A DNA stretch of 64,000 bases, taken from IMG/VR virus record IMGVR_UViG_3300045988_141150; one strand, written 5' to 3'. The notes below the pieces were generated by a model. It was not told the DNA's origin and did no database searches. It saw only the letters and a program-made list of their open reading frames with translations. Origin of the DNA: a virus. Made by a program: the position numbers and the translations under genes. Every line of letters starts with the position of its first letter. Within the stretch, counting starts at the first letter, position 1. This document shows positions 50,899-57,867 of this stretch, in pieces.

Positions 50899-50916
50899 TT
50901 GTTAAAAAATTAACAA
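50899..50916. promoter_or_regulatory. second copy of the palindrome TTGTTAAAAAATTAACAA
   Basis: identical sequence; centre 29.5 bp upstream of the -35 box at 50937. Confidence 0.45.
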
Positions 50917-50936
50917 AGATTTTTCTCAAAAAGGTC

Positions 50937-50970
50937 TTGACAAATCAGTTAGAATGTGGTATTCTATAAT
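50937..50970 (+). promoter_or_regulatory. consensus promoter
   Basis: TTGACA-17-TATTCT overlapping TATAAT. Confidence 0.5.
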
Positions 50971-50994
50971 CACAAAGGGAAAGGGGAAAGAAAA

Positions 50995-51204
50995 ATGATT
51001 TATGGCATTGTTTATTATACTAAGGGCGGTCAGGGCTATCTCTTCCAGCAAGCGTTCGAAGAACAGCGCGCTATGGAGATTGCAGGTAAGATGAACGACT
51101 TACTCGCGACAGGTGCTACGATGTATAATGATAAGTCCTATGGCAAGCTCGACTTGCGGAACGTTGAGTATTTCACAGTTGAACCCAGTAGCGAAATGTA
51201 TTAA
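50995..51204 (+). CDS. small protein (69 aa)
   Basis: RBS AAAGGGGAAAG; TAA stop. Confidence 0.5.
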   Translation: MIYGIVYYTKGGQGYLFQQAFEEQRAMEIAGKMNDLLATGATMYNDKSYGKLDLRNVEYFTVEPSSEMY

Positions 51205-51208
51205 GGGC

Positions 51209-51236
51209 GGGAGCGGGCTCCCCGCTCTTTCTCTTG
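51209..51236 (+). terminator. rho-independent terminator
   Basis: gagcggg-ctcc-ccgctc followed by tttctctt. Confidence 0.5.
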
Positions 51237-51327
51237 CGCCGTGGGGCGCGTGTAGAGCGTCCCAGCCCGAACTTTATCACAGTAAAGCATTAAAGCAAAA
51301 TTTTTTCCATTTTTTGCCAAAAACCAC

Positions 51328-51356
51328 TTGACATTCCTATCCCGAAATGCTATAAT
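51328..51356 (+). promoter_or_regulatory. consensus promoter
   Basis: TTGACA-17-TATAAT (tgcTATAAT). Confidence 0.55.
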
Positions 51357-51389
51357 AGTATCATCAAAAGAAAGAAAGAGGTAAATCAA

Positions 51390-51512
51390 ATGTCTATTCA
51401 CGATGGTCTTGTTCTTCTCGCTATCTATGTTGGTGTTATCGGCGCGGGCGCGCTCATCGAATACGTGGAGCACCGCGTAAAGAGAGCGGTTCATCGCAGA
51501 AAGAGAAGTTGA
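51390..51512 (+). CDS. hydrophobic micro-protein (40 aa, single transmembrane helix with basic tail)
   Basis: RBS AAGAGG; MSIHDGLVLLAIYVGVIGAGALIEYVEHRVKRAVHRRKRS; below the ORF-track size cut-off. Confidence 0.4.
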   Translation: MSIHDGLVLLAIYVGVIGAGALIEYVEHRVKRAVHRRKRS

Positions 51513-51530
51513 AAAACTTCTCTTTTTTTA
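51502..51530 (+). terminator. rho-independent terminator
   Basis: agagaagtt-gaaaa-aacttctct then T7. Confidence 0.5.
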
Positions 51531-51540
51531 TAAAAAACAC

Positions 51541-51574
51541 TTGACAAATCCAACAGCCGGTGCTATACTATAAT
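51541..51574 (+). promoter_or_regulatory. consensus promoter driving a transcript of about 140 nt with no convincing ORF
   Basis: TTGACA-17-TATACT/TATAAT; transcript begins tTGTCAAGAGGGG. Confidence 0.5.
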
Positions 51575-51726
51575 TGTCAAGAGGGGAAGAGATAAGTTAC
51601 TTCCCAAAGGGTGTGTGGCAAGTAGCCATTTCCTTTGATAAAACGCTTAGTTGGAGCGACCAGACAGGGCGCGCACTGTCCGCAAAAGTAGAGAATAAAA
51701 AAATTCCAACTTCTCAAAAAAACCTC

Positions 51727-51755
51727 TTGACAGACCCCTTAGAGTGTGATACAAT
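51727..51755 (+). promoter_or_regulatory. consensus promoter flanked by the 9-bp inverted repeat CTCTTGACA ... TGTCAAGAG
   Basis: cCTCTTGACAgacccc..TACAAT..aTGTCAAGAGg. Confidence 0.5.
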
Positions 51756-51759
51756 AAGG

Positions 51760-51813
51760 ATGTCAAGAGGCAGACAGGAGCGAACAACCTCTCCCCAATG
51801 CGTAGTTGGGTGA
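51760..51813 (+). CDS. leaderless micro-ORF MSRGRQERTTSPQCVVG (17 aa)
   Basis: ATG 5 nt after the -10 box with no RBS; one of a family beginning MS(R/G)G. Confidence 0.25.
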   Translation: MSRGRQERTTSPQCVVG

Positions 51814-51859
51814 AGTAAAACAAAATCTCCCTACCGAACAAAAAAGTTCAAAAAACCTC

Positions 51860-51888
51860 TTGACAAACCCCTTAGAGTGTGATACAAT
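51860..51888 (+). promoter_or_regulatory. consensus promoter driving the tRNA-like RNA
   Basis: cCTCTTGACAaacccc-17-TACAAT. Confidence 0.5.
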
Positions 51889-51900
51889 AAGGGTACAGAT

Positions 51901-52012
51901 GGCGGTGAGGTAGAACGGTTCTACTTCCACAAAGATGGCTGAGATACAAAAGTGTCGCTCACTTGGAAACGTTCGCTATTGGAAAATGTGGGTTCAACTC
52001 CCACCACCGCCT
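51901..52012 (+). ncRNA. tRNA-like small RNA (about 112 nt): 7-bp acceptor stem, D-arm with GG, canonical TTCAACT T-arm, but an aberrant 34-nt anticodon region
   Basis: ggcggtg pairs with caccgcc; D-arm gtag-aacggtt-ctac; T-arm gtggg-ttcaact-cccac; own promoter; no ORF; stem ttcca/tggaa (25-29 with 64-68) encloses 34 nt; no CTA triplet in the loop. Confidence 0.35.
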
Positions 52013-52032
52013 CAAAATTTTTTGAAAAAACA

Positions 52033-52061
52033 CTTGACAAATCCAAAAGTAGATGTTATAA
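52033..52061 (+). promoter_or_regulatory. consensus promoter
   Basis: TTGACA-17-TATAAT (tgtTATAAT). Confidence 0.55.
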
Positions 52062-52093
52062 TGTAGATACAATAAGAAAGGGGATAAAAACCA

Positions 52094-52356
52094 TGACTAC
52101 TTACAACATTCTCACTATTGGCCCTTCTCGTGAACCGAAGCTCGCGGGCAAGTTCAACGTTGCGGATACTGAAAACTTCCTTGACCGGTTAGAGGAAACG
52201 CTCTACATTCTCTTTGAATTAGAGCCGAAATCCCGCGAATGGAAACGCGAATTTCTCAAACATCTTTTTGCGGAATTCACTTATCACTTTTGCGAAGATT
52301 CCCGCGTTGAAAAGCAAGGCAACAATATTATCGTTTATGAAGAAAATGAGGGCTGA
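52094..52356 (+). CDS. hypothetical protein (87 aa)
   Basis: RBS AAAGGGG; TGA stop. Confidence 0.55.
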
Positions 52357-52375
52357 AAAAGCCCTCATTTTTTTT
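52348..52375 (+). terminator. rho-independent terminator
   Basis: gagggct-gaaaaa-gccctc then T8. Confidence 0.55.
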
Positions 52376-52396
52376 CAAACTTTTTTCAAAAAACTA

Positions 52397-52428
52397 TTGA
52401 CATTTACTGCCCTAAGTGGTATTATAAT
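52397..52428 (+). promoter_or_regulatory. consensus promoter
   Basis: TTGACA-17-TATTAT/TATAAT. Confidence 0.55.
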
Positions 52429-52472
52429 ATCAGAAAGGGAAAGGAAAATCCCGAACACCAGAAAGGTTAGCT

Positions 52473-52664
52473 ATGGATACTTTCGAAATGTATTACGAGA
52501 AATTCATGAAGATGCGCAAGGCTGACATTATTCGCGAGGGTCAGACTTGGGATATTTGGGCAAACTGCCAAAGCACTGCCGATAGCCTGATGAAGTGGAC
52601 AAAGCCCGTTCTTGCGAGAGTTCTTGCTGGACGCCTGGACCGTTTGGAAAAGCGGGGCTACTAA
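52473..52664 (+). CDS. hypothetical protein (63 aa)
   Basis: RBS AAAGG; TAA stop. Confidence 0.5.
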   Translation: MDTFEMYYEKFMKMRKADIIREGQTWDIWANCQSTADSLMKWTKPVLARVLAGRLDRLEKRGY

Positions 52665-52680
52665 GCCCCGCTTCTTTCTT
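52650..52680 (+). terminator. rho-independent terminator
   Basis: aagcggggc-tacta-gccccgctt then ctttctt. Confidence 0.5.
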
Positions 52681-52691
52681 GAAAAAAGTTC

Positions 52692-52720
52692 TTGACAAAT
52701 CTCGAATCTATGGTATAATA
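52692..52720 (+). promoter_or_regulatory. consensus promoter
   Basis: TTGACA-17-(tgg)TATAAT. Confidence 0.55.
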
Positions 52721-52749
52721 AGAGTATAAAAGGAAAGGGGATAAACAAA

Positions 52750-52989
52750 ATGACTTTGGACATGATTAAAAATGTAATTGGCACGGTAAAAGGCGCGCTG
52801 ATGTTCTATGAGGGGAATGGCGTCGAAGTGATAAACGAAAACACTTGCGGTCGCTATCTCAAAGACCGCAAAGGTCGCATGACTTTGAATGGTGATGTGT
52901 TAGACGCAAGCGAAGAGTGGGTGCTGGGATTGCCGGTCAGCGATTTGAAAGCCAGAGATAACGTTCTCATTATTTATGTTGATGGCTAA
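52750..52989 (+). CDS. hypothetical protein (79 aa)
   Basis: RBS AAAGGGG; TAA stop. Confidence 0.5.
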   Translation: MTLDMIKNVIGTVKGALMFYEGNGVEVINENTCGRYLKDRKGRMTLNGDVLDASEEWVLGLPVSDLKARDNVLIIYVDG

Positions 52990-53004
52990 AATTAAATTTT
53001 TTGA

Positions 53005-53250
53005 ATTAAAAATCTCCCCAAAAATGGGGAGATTTTTTTGTACATTTTATCTATTGACAATCCCAAAACTTCATGGTATAATCGGCCGGCGCGCGAACGG
53101 ACCTGGCGCGCCGAGTTTTTGTCAATAGGCGGGTTGCACAAATTTTTGGGGCAAATCTTTGTGCATAATGTCAATAGACAGAATCCCGAATTGGTGCTAT
53201 ACTATAATCACAGTAAGGGAAGGAAAACCTACCAAACCGGAAAGGGATAA
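53005..53250 (+). repeat. early intergenic cassette, short type: terminator, promoter P1, GC hairpin plus T-tract, GCACAAA box, promoter P2
   Basis: terminator 53009-53040; P1 TTGACA 53045 with TATAAT 53068; hairpin cggcgcgc..gcgcgccg 53078-53104 then agttttt; P2 TAGACA-17-TATACT 53166-53194. Confidence 0.6.
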
Positions 53251-53254
53251 CAAC

Positions 53255-53563
53255 ATGATTAACATTCGTTCTATTCTCAAACTCGCTGAAAATGACGGTC
53301 TGACCCTCAAACATGGCAAGAAGGTCAATTACAAGTCCGGCTGGCAGGTCGCCACTAATGGCGTTGAATGTAAGACCGCCCGCGAAGCCATTAACGCGGT
53401 CAAGGAATATGGCGGCAACTGCGGCGTGTGGTTTGCGAACGGCATTTATTATGTTGACAAGTCCAAGAGGGTGCAGACCAAGAAGCAGGCGCTTGAAATC
53501 GGCAAGGCGTGCAACCAAATCAGTGTATATGGCTGGGCGCGCGGCAATCTGGCTTACTGCTAA
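53255..53563 (+). CDS. hypothetical protein (102 aa)
   Basis: true start at the internal ATG 53255 with AAAGGGA RBS; TAA stop. Confidence 0.5.
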   Translation: MINIRSILKLAENDGLTLKHGKKVNYKSGWQVATNGVECKTAREAINAVKEYGGNCGVWFANGIYYVDKSKRVQTKKQALEIGKACNQISVYGWARGNLAYC

Positions 53564-53573
53564 AAAATTAAAT

Positions 53574-53609
53574 AGAGGGCTTGACAAAACAAGCCCTCTA
53601 TGCTATAAT
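53574..53609 (+). promoter_or_regulatory. promoter whose -35 box sits in the loop of a 7-bp hairpin (agagggc-TTGACAAAACAA-gccctct)
   Basis: TTGACA 53581-86, 17-nt spacer, TATAAT 53604-09. Confidence 0.5.
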
Positions 53610-53641
53610 AAAGGCACAATAAAGGAAAGGGAGAAAACAAC

Positions 53642-53911
53642 ATGGAAATTAAATATGCTCACGAAATGGCGGCTATCGCTAAGGACATCCGCACCGCCAA
53701 GCGCGCCAAAGATACTGCTACGGCCCGCGCCTATCTTGAAGAAAACCTGATGAAAGATATTGAAGACCACGCGGAAAAAGGCGAGAATTATCTGTCTCGC
53801 TGTCTCGTTGCCATTGAAGATGAAGCCGTGAAAGAAGCCTTAAAAAATCTTTTGCGGAATTATGGCTATACAACTTCTTATTCAAACGGCGTTCTCACCG
53901 TAAGGTGGTAA
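53642..53911 (+). CDS. hypothetical protein (89 aa)
   Basis: RBS AAAGGGAG; TAA stop. Confidence 0.55.
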   Translation: MEIKYAHEMAAIAKDIRTAKRAKDTATARAYLEENLMKDIEDHAEKGENYLSRCLVAIEDEAVKEALKNLLRNYGYTTSYSNGVLTVRW

Positions 53912-53916
53912 GGTAA

Positions 53917-53946
53917 AAGAGGGAAAATTTTTCCCTCTTTTTCTAA
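53917..53946 (+). terminator. rho-independent terminator
   Basis: agagggaaaa-ttttt-ccctcttt then ttc. Confidence 0.5.
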
Positions 53947-53954
53947 AAAACTTC

Positions 53955-53983
53955 TTGACAAATCCAAAAGCAGATGTTATAAT
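53955..53983 (+). promoter_or_regulatory. consensus promoter
   Basis: TTGACA-17-TATAAT. Confidence 0.55.
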
Positions 53984-54015
53984 AAAAGCACAATAAAGGA
54001 AAGGGGAATAAATTA

Positions 54016-54087
54016 ATGGAATGTCCTTATTGCGATGGAAAGTGCGGAACACATGCTCAATGCGTTAAATGCGGAAAAGGGAAATAA
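54016..54087 (+). CDS. zinc-ribbon micro-protein MECPYCDGKCGTHAQCVKCGKGK (23 aa)
   Basis: RBS AAGGAAAGGGG; four Cys arranged as CxxC..CxxC; overlaps the RBS of the next gene. Confidence 0.35.
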   Translation: MECPYCDGKCGTHAQCVKCGKGK

Positions 54088-54089
54088 AA

Positions 54090-54446
54090 ATGGGAACGGA
54101 ATTCTTAATTATTGGCGGAATTTTTAGCGCAGTCCTTGCGCTGTTTGTCTGCCTTGTCTGTTGGTGCCGCATGGAAAAGTCTCACCCAATAGTCAGATTG
54201 TTAGTTGGTATCCTTATTTCGTGCGCCATCGGTTATGGCATGACGGGCGCGTTAGTCGCAGAACATAATGCCGATAGAAAAGCATGGAACAACGGCTATT
54301 GCTCCATTTGCGGAAATGAAATGGAATTTGTAAATGCTTCTCATGGTCGGCATGGAACAGTTTATTACTATTGGTATTGCGATGAGTGCGGTCATACGTT
54401 AGAGTTAACTTCTAACTTTGCAAAGGGGGAAACAGATAATGAATGA
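54090..54446 (+). CDS. membrane protein with two transmembrane helices and a C-terminal zinc ribbon (118 aa)
   Basis: internal ATG 54090 with GGGAAATAAAA RBS; CSICGN..CDECGH. Confidence 0.5.
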   Translation: MGTEFLIIGGIFSAVLALFVCLVCWCRMEKSHPIVRLLVGILISCAIGYGMTGALVAEHNADRKAWNNGYCSICGNEMEFVNASHGRHGTVYYYWYCDECGHTLELTSNFAKGETDNE

Positions 54447-54645
54447 AAAAACTATCCCACAGGCTTTGAGAGAACAGGCAGACGCCATTGAAAAGTTAGC
54501 TCAAAGAATTGCGAAAGAAAGCAAGGAATTTCCAGACGAGGAAGACCGCAGAGACGGCGGAGAACTTGCGGACGCTTTATTTGCGATTCAATCAAAGCTC
54601 CGCTATGAGTACTCTTGGATTGCGGAAACCATGTGGGACGTGTAA
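54439..54645 (+). CDS. small acidic protein (68 aa)
   Basis: ATG 54439 overlaps the upstream gene by 8 nt (operon); TAA stop. Confidence 0.5.
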   Translation: MNEKTIPQALREQADAIEKLAQRIAKESKEFPDEEDRRDGGELADALFAIQSKLRYEYSWIAETMWDV

Positions 54646-54646
54646 T

Positions 54647-54688
54647 TTTCAGGCGAGATTTAATTATCTCGCCTGAAAATTTTTTTCA
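54647..54688 (+). terminator. rho-independent terminator
   Basis: ttttcaggcgagat..atctcgcctgaaaa then T7. Confidence 0.55.
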
Positions 54689-54729
54689 AAAAACTATTGA
54701 CAAACTCACCCCGTTGTGGTATTATAATC

Positions 54730-54798
54730 ATGTCAAGAGGAAGTGGTAAGCCTCTTGAAGTAGTGAACAAATTTCTCATACTATGGTTTGCGCGGTAG
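54730..54798 (+). CDS. leaderless micro-ORF MSRGSGKPLEVVNKFLILWFAR (22 aa) that ends in TAG
   Basis: ATG immediately after the -10 box; one of only two early-region reading frames terminated by TAG. Confidence 0.25.
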   Translation: MSRGSGKPLEVVNKFLILWFAR

Positions 54799-54830
54799 CC
54801 GATAATTACCGCGCCCTTTCTATTTCATTT

Positions 54831-54848
54831 TTGTTAAAATTTTAACAA
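54831..54848. promoter_or_regulatory. third palindrome TTGTTAAAATTTTAACAA (variant of the 50477 and 50899 site)
   Basis: perfect 18-bp palindrome; same half-site TTGTTAAAA. Confidence 0.35.
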
Positions 54849-54893
54849 TGATTGTTCGGCCGGGCGCGCACGGACCACGCGCCCGGAATTTCA

Positions 54894-54922
54894 ATTATAT
54901 CACAGGGCCAGCAATTTGTCAA
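54894..54922 (-). promoter_or_regulatory. reverse-strand consensus promoter firing leftward into the GC hairpin
   Basis: plus strand reads ATTATA-17-TGTCAA, which is TTGACA-17-TATAAT on the minus strand; the only minus-strand signals in a plus-strand region. Confidence 0.5.
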
Positions 54923-55048
54923 GCAAAAAGTCGCGAAAATTTGCATAAATTATTTTTCCCAATTTTGTGCGATCCGTCAATAGACAAATCTCTAAGAGTG
55001 TGTTATATTATAATTGTTCCAAGGGAACAGAAAGATGAGGTAAATAAA

Positions 55049-55255
55049 ATGACTAACTACAACATTCACTCTTTTATCAAGACCCAGCTTCTCCATGCCG
55101 AGCAGATGCCCAGCGATGCCGAACTTTTCAAGCATAACGCCTATGGCGCAGTCTCGTGGGAGTTATATCGCACGAATGACCATGCCCTTGAAGAACAGTG
55201 GGCAAATGTATATGCTCCCAAGTTCGACGCCATCATCAGAAATTATCATTTCTGA
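55049..55255 (+). CDS. hypothetical protein (68 aa)
   Basis: internal ATG 55049 with GAGG RBS; TGA stop. Confidence 0.5.
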   Translation: MTNYNIHSFIKTQLLHAEQMPSDAELFKHNAYGAVSWELYRTNDHALEEQWANVYAPKFDAIIRNYHF

Positions 55256-55261
55256 TAAAAA

Positions 55262-55296
55262 GGGCTTGACAAAAGCCCTTTCGCATGATATAATAC
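55262..55296 (+). promoter_or_regulatory. promoter with its -35 box in a hairpin loop (aagggc-TTGACAAA-gccctt)
   Basis: TTGACA 55268-73, 17-nt spacer, TATAAT 55291-96. Confidence 0.5.
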
Positions 55297-55324
55297 ATAT
55301 ACAATCAAGAAAGAGGTAAAACAA

Positions 55325-55663
55325 ATGCTTATCAAAATGTCAAAACACGCCACGCAAGACCGCATTGACCGCCTGCTCTTCATCTACGATAATGTAGGAA
55401 TCGGCGAACCGTATATCGACAGTGTTGAGGACGATGTTCTCTACACTATCACTACAACAGGTATTCTTCTTGTTCGTAGTGCTAAGGACGGAACACTCAT
55501 TACAGCCTATATCGCGGATATTGATAAAATCACCGCAATATGGAGAAATAAGCACGGCGAGCGCCCTATGCCTGATAACCTTTACAAGCGGGTTCTCGCA
55601 AACGCGTTCTTTGATAGAATGTGGAATAAGCAAGAAAAGGAGAAAAAGAAAAATGTTCGGTAA
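55325..55663 (+). CDS. hypothetical protein (112 aa)
   Basis: RBS AAGAGG; TAA stop; first gene of a 3-gene operon. Confidence 0.55.
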   Translation: MLIKMSKHATQDRIDRLLFIYDNVGIGEPYIDSVEDDVLYTITTTGILLVRSAKDGTLITAYIADIDKITAIWRNKHGERPMPDNLYKRVLANAFFDRMWNKQEKEKKKNVR

Positions 55664-56006
55664 GAAAAAGAAGCCTTTCAATCCATATGAAAAACGCGCG
55701 GACGATGCGCTTTATGAAGTATGGGAAACGCGCGACCGCCTTTATGAAAAGACAAGGCAAGTCATTACGCGCGTAGGGGTGATTAACCTTTACCCCAATG
55801 GCGCTGACCGCGAGAAAGCCGTCTCTGACGCCGAAGAAGCGAAGCACGCTTTGCTTGTAGCTATTGGAGCATACGACACCGCGCGCATGGAATACAATGA
55901 TTATGTTGAAAAAAACGCGGAAAAGTTTGACAACCATAAAGAAAAATGGACTACCACGAGCCATGAAATTATCGAATGGGCTTACAAATACTATTATAAA
56001 GGGTGA
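55653..56006 (+). CDS. hypothetical protein (117 aa)
   Basis: internal ATG 55653 with AAGGAG RBS; overlaps the upstream gene by 11 nt. Confidence 0.5.
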   Translation: MFGKKKKPFNPYEKRADDALYEVWETRDRLYEKTRQVITRVGVINLYPNGADREKAVSDAEEAKHALLVAIGAYDTARMEYNDYVEKNAEKFDNHKEKWTTTSHEIIEWAYKYYYKG

Positions 56007-56011
56007 ATAAA

Positions 56012-56245
56012 ATGAAGATTACTATTAAGAATAATAAACTCGCCCCCTTTGGAGAAATTGCCAAGGGCGTAGTTTTCAAAGACCCGACCGCCGAAGATTA
56101 TTACATCAAAATCGCCGCAGAGGTCGATGAAAATACCGGTGATGATGAATGGAATTGTCTCCATTTGGACAATTACGCTCTCGACTGTTTCGGCCTAAAA
56201 GATATGGTTCTCCCCATCTACGATGCGGAACTGATTATTCCCTGA
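56012..56245 (+). CDS. hypothetical protein (77 aa)
   Basis: ATG 56012 with AAAGGG RBS; the ORF-track start at 56003 is GTG. Confidence 0.45.
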   Translation: MKITIKNNKLAPFGEIAKGVVFKDPTAEDYYIKIAAEVDENTGDDEWNCLHLDNYALDCFGLKDMVLPIYDAELIIP

Positions 56246-56358
56246 TAAAACCGGACTTTGTCCGCGTTTCTCTCCCCCTTTCCTATGGCTTTGGCGGTTG
56301 TACCCCAAAAAACAACCGCCACCCTTTCCAAAAAATAAATTGAATGGAGATAAAAAAG

Positions 56359-56535
56359 ATGAAGAATGAGAAACTTAGTGAGGTTGTTAAAACTGTGTGC
56401 TTGATGGCACGATACGGCATTCAGAAGGGATATCCCTCGGGCGGGACAGAAGCAAATGACATGATTGAACGTGTCGCGCTTCTTGAAAACAAGCTCGTTC
56501 CCATTCTCGTCGACCTTGAAGCCGTAGAAAACTAA
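56359..56535 (+). CDS. hypothetical protein (58 aa)
   Basis: ATG 56359 with GGAG RBS; the alternative ATG at 56344 lacks an RBS. Confidence 0.4.
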   Translation: MKNEKLSEVVKTVCLMARYGIQKGYPSGGTEANDMIERVALLENKLVPILVDLEAVEN

Positions 56536-56757
56536 ATGAAAAATCACCCAATTTGGGTGATTTTTTTTGTTTACTTTCACTATTGACAAAGTTCCTTGAA
56601 TGTGATAAAATCGTCGGCGCGCGGACGATTGTGGCGCGCCGAGTTTTTTGTCAAGAGGTAAGTTCAACAAATTTTCGCACGAATTTTTGTGTAAAATGCC
56701 AATAGACAAAAATCCTATAATGTGGTAAGATGTATACAACAAATAGAGGGGGCTAAA
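56536..56757 (+). repeat. early intergenic cassette, short type (terminator, P1, GC hairpin plus T-tract, GCACGAA box, P2)
   Basis: terminator 56540-68; P1 TTGACA 56583 with TAAAAT 56606; hairpin cggcgcgc..gcgcgccg 56615-41 then agtttttt; P2 TAGACA-17-TAAGAT 56703-31; same stem sequence as the copy at 53078. Confidence 0.6.
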
Positions 56758-57105
56758 ATGATGGTTGCATGGTATTGGTTAATTCTCGCGTTTTGCGTGG
56801 GTATTGCGTTCGCTACAATCACTGATGAGTGGTATGATTGGGAAAACACTTTAACTGACATTCTTGCATGGATTGCTCTGATTATCGGCTTCGTTCCTTT
56901 GACTTTCTATTGCATATTTCTCAAACTGACGGTTTTCCACCCCACTACGCGAGAGAAGTTTGAGGAAGTCAAAAAGGTTAGCGAAGAAACTTGTAAAATC
57001 TATCGAGTATGCGGAAACGTGTATTTCTGGATTGACCTTAAAGCAACAAAAATCTATAACAAGGTATTCTTTATTCGAGTAAAGGAAACTGAAAACAATG
57101 GGTGA
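56758..57105 (+). CDS. membrane protein (115 aa, two transmembrane helices)
   Basis: internal ATG 56758 with AGAGGGGG RBS. Confidence 0.5.
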   Translation: MMVAWYWLILAFCVGIAFATITDEWYDWENTLTDILAWIALIIGFVPLTFYCIFLKLTVFHPTTREKFEEVKKVSEETCKIYRVCGNVYFWIDLKATKIYNKVFFIRVKETENNG

Positions 57106-57256
57106 AAGAGTTAATGTTTTATGTTTAATTGAGTGGTTGCGCGCTTGGACGGAAACCTTTAATGACTGCGCTTGTTGTCCTTTGTCCAACGAGTGCGACC
57201 GCCGGAGCATCAGTTATGAATGTGCTGATGACCTATTAGAAAAATTAAAGGAGTAA
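57098..57256 (+). CDS. Cys-rich micro-protein (52 aa)
   Basis: ATG overlaps the end of the upstream gene; 6 Cys; weak RBS. Confidence 0.25.
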   Translation: MGERVNVLCLIEWLRAWTETFNDCACCPLSNECDRRSISYECADDLLEKLKE

Positions 57257-57271
57257 ATTAAAAACTCTCTA

Positions 57272-57306
57272 TTGACATTTTTGTTATAATATGATATTAT
57301 TATAAT
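57272..57306 (+). promoter_or_regulatory. consensus promoter
   Basis: TTGACA-17-TATTAT/TATAAT. Confidence 0.5.
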
Positions 57307-57329
57307 AGAAAAAGGAAAGGGTGATAATA

Positions 57330-57803
57330 ATGAATACAATTCTTCTGTTCGCGCTTTGCACGGCGGTGAATGTTATTCTGTCAACTATCAAAAGCATTTT
57401 GACTGTTAAGGGCGGAAAACTTAGCGCGTCTTTCATCAACGCTCTCACTTATGGTTTTTATTCCTATGTGATTGTGCTGACTTCTGCGGACGGTATGCCT
57501 ATTTGGTTAAAAATGGCTATTACTGCCATTTGTAATTTCGTAGGCGTTTACCTTGTCAAGTGGATTGAAGAAAAAGCGCGTAAAGATAAATTATGGAAAG
57601 TCGAGCTTACCGTACCGACAAGATACACTAATACCATTGACTTTGACTTACATGATGTTCCACATTCTTACATTGAATTGAGCGATAAACATACGCTTTT
57701 CAATTTTTACTGCGCGACCCAAAAGGAAAGCGCAAAAGTCAAGGCTATCGCTAATCAGTATGAAGCAAAATATTTTGTTGCGGAAAGCAAAAATCTTGAA
57801 TAA
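57330..57803 (+). CDS. membrane protein (157 aa)
   Basis: ATG 57330 with AAAGGGTG RBS; multiple transmembrane helices; TAA stop. Confidence 0.5.
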   Translation: MNTILLFALCTAVNVILSTIKSILTVKGGKLSASFINALTYGFYSYVIVLTSADGMPIWLKMAITAICNFVGVYLVKWIEEKARKDKLWKVELTVPTRYTNTIDFDLHDVPHSYIELSDKHTLFNFYCATQKESAKVKAIANQYEAKYFVAESKNLE

Positions 57804-57837
57804 AGGGCTTGACAAAAGCCTTTTATTCTGCTATACT
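57802..57837 (+). promoter_or_regulatory. promoter with its -35 box in a hairpin loop (aaagggc-TTGACAAA-gcctttt)
   Basis: TTGACA 57809-14, 17-nt spacer, TATACT 57832-37. Confidence 0.5.
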
Positions 57838-57867
57838 TAACGTATCAAGTGAAAGGGGAAAATTAAA

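Larger units (their letters stand above)
54643..55048 (+). repeat. early intergenic cassette, long variant with leaderless TAG-terminated micro-ORF, palindrome, GC hairpin, reverse promoter and P2
   Basis: P1 54697-54728; micro-ORF 54730-54798; hairpin gcgcggta..taccgcgc plus T-run; palindrome 54831-48; hairpin ccgggcgcg..gcgcccgg 54860-86; reverse promoter 54894-54922; P2 54981-55014. Confidence 0.55.

Noticed and set aside
51901-52012. Calling the tRNA-like element an amber-suppressor tRNA
   Set aside because: The anticodon arm cannot be folded canonically (34-nt loop), position 8 is A rather than U, and no CTA triplet lies in a loop context. It is kept only as a tRNA-like RNA pending a computational scan.
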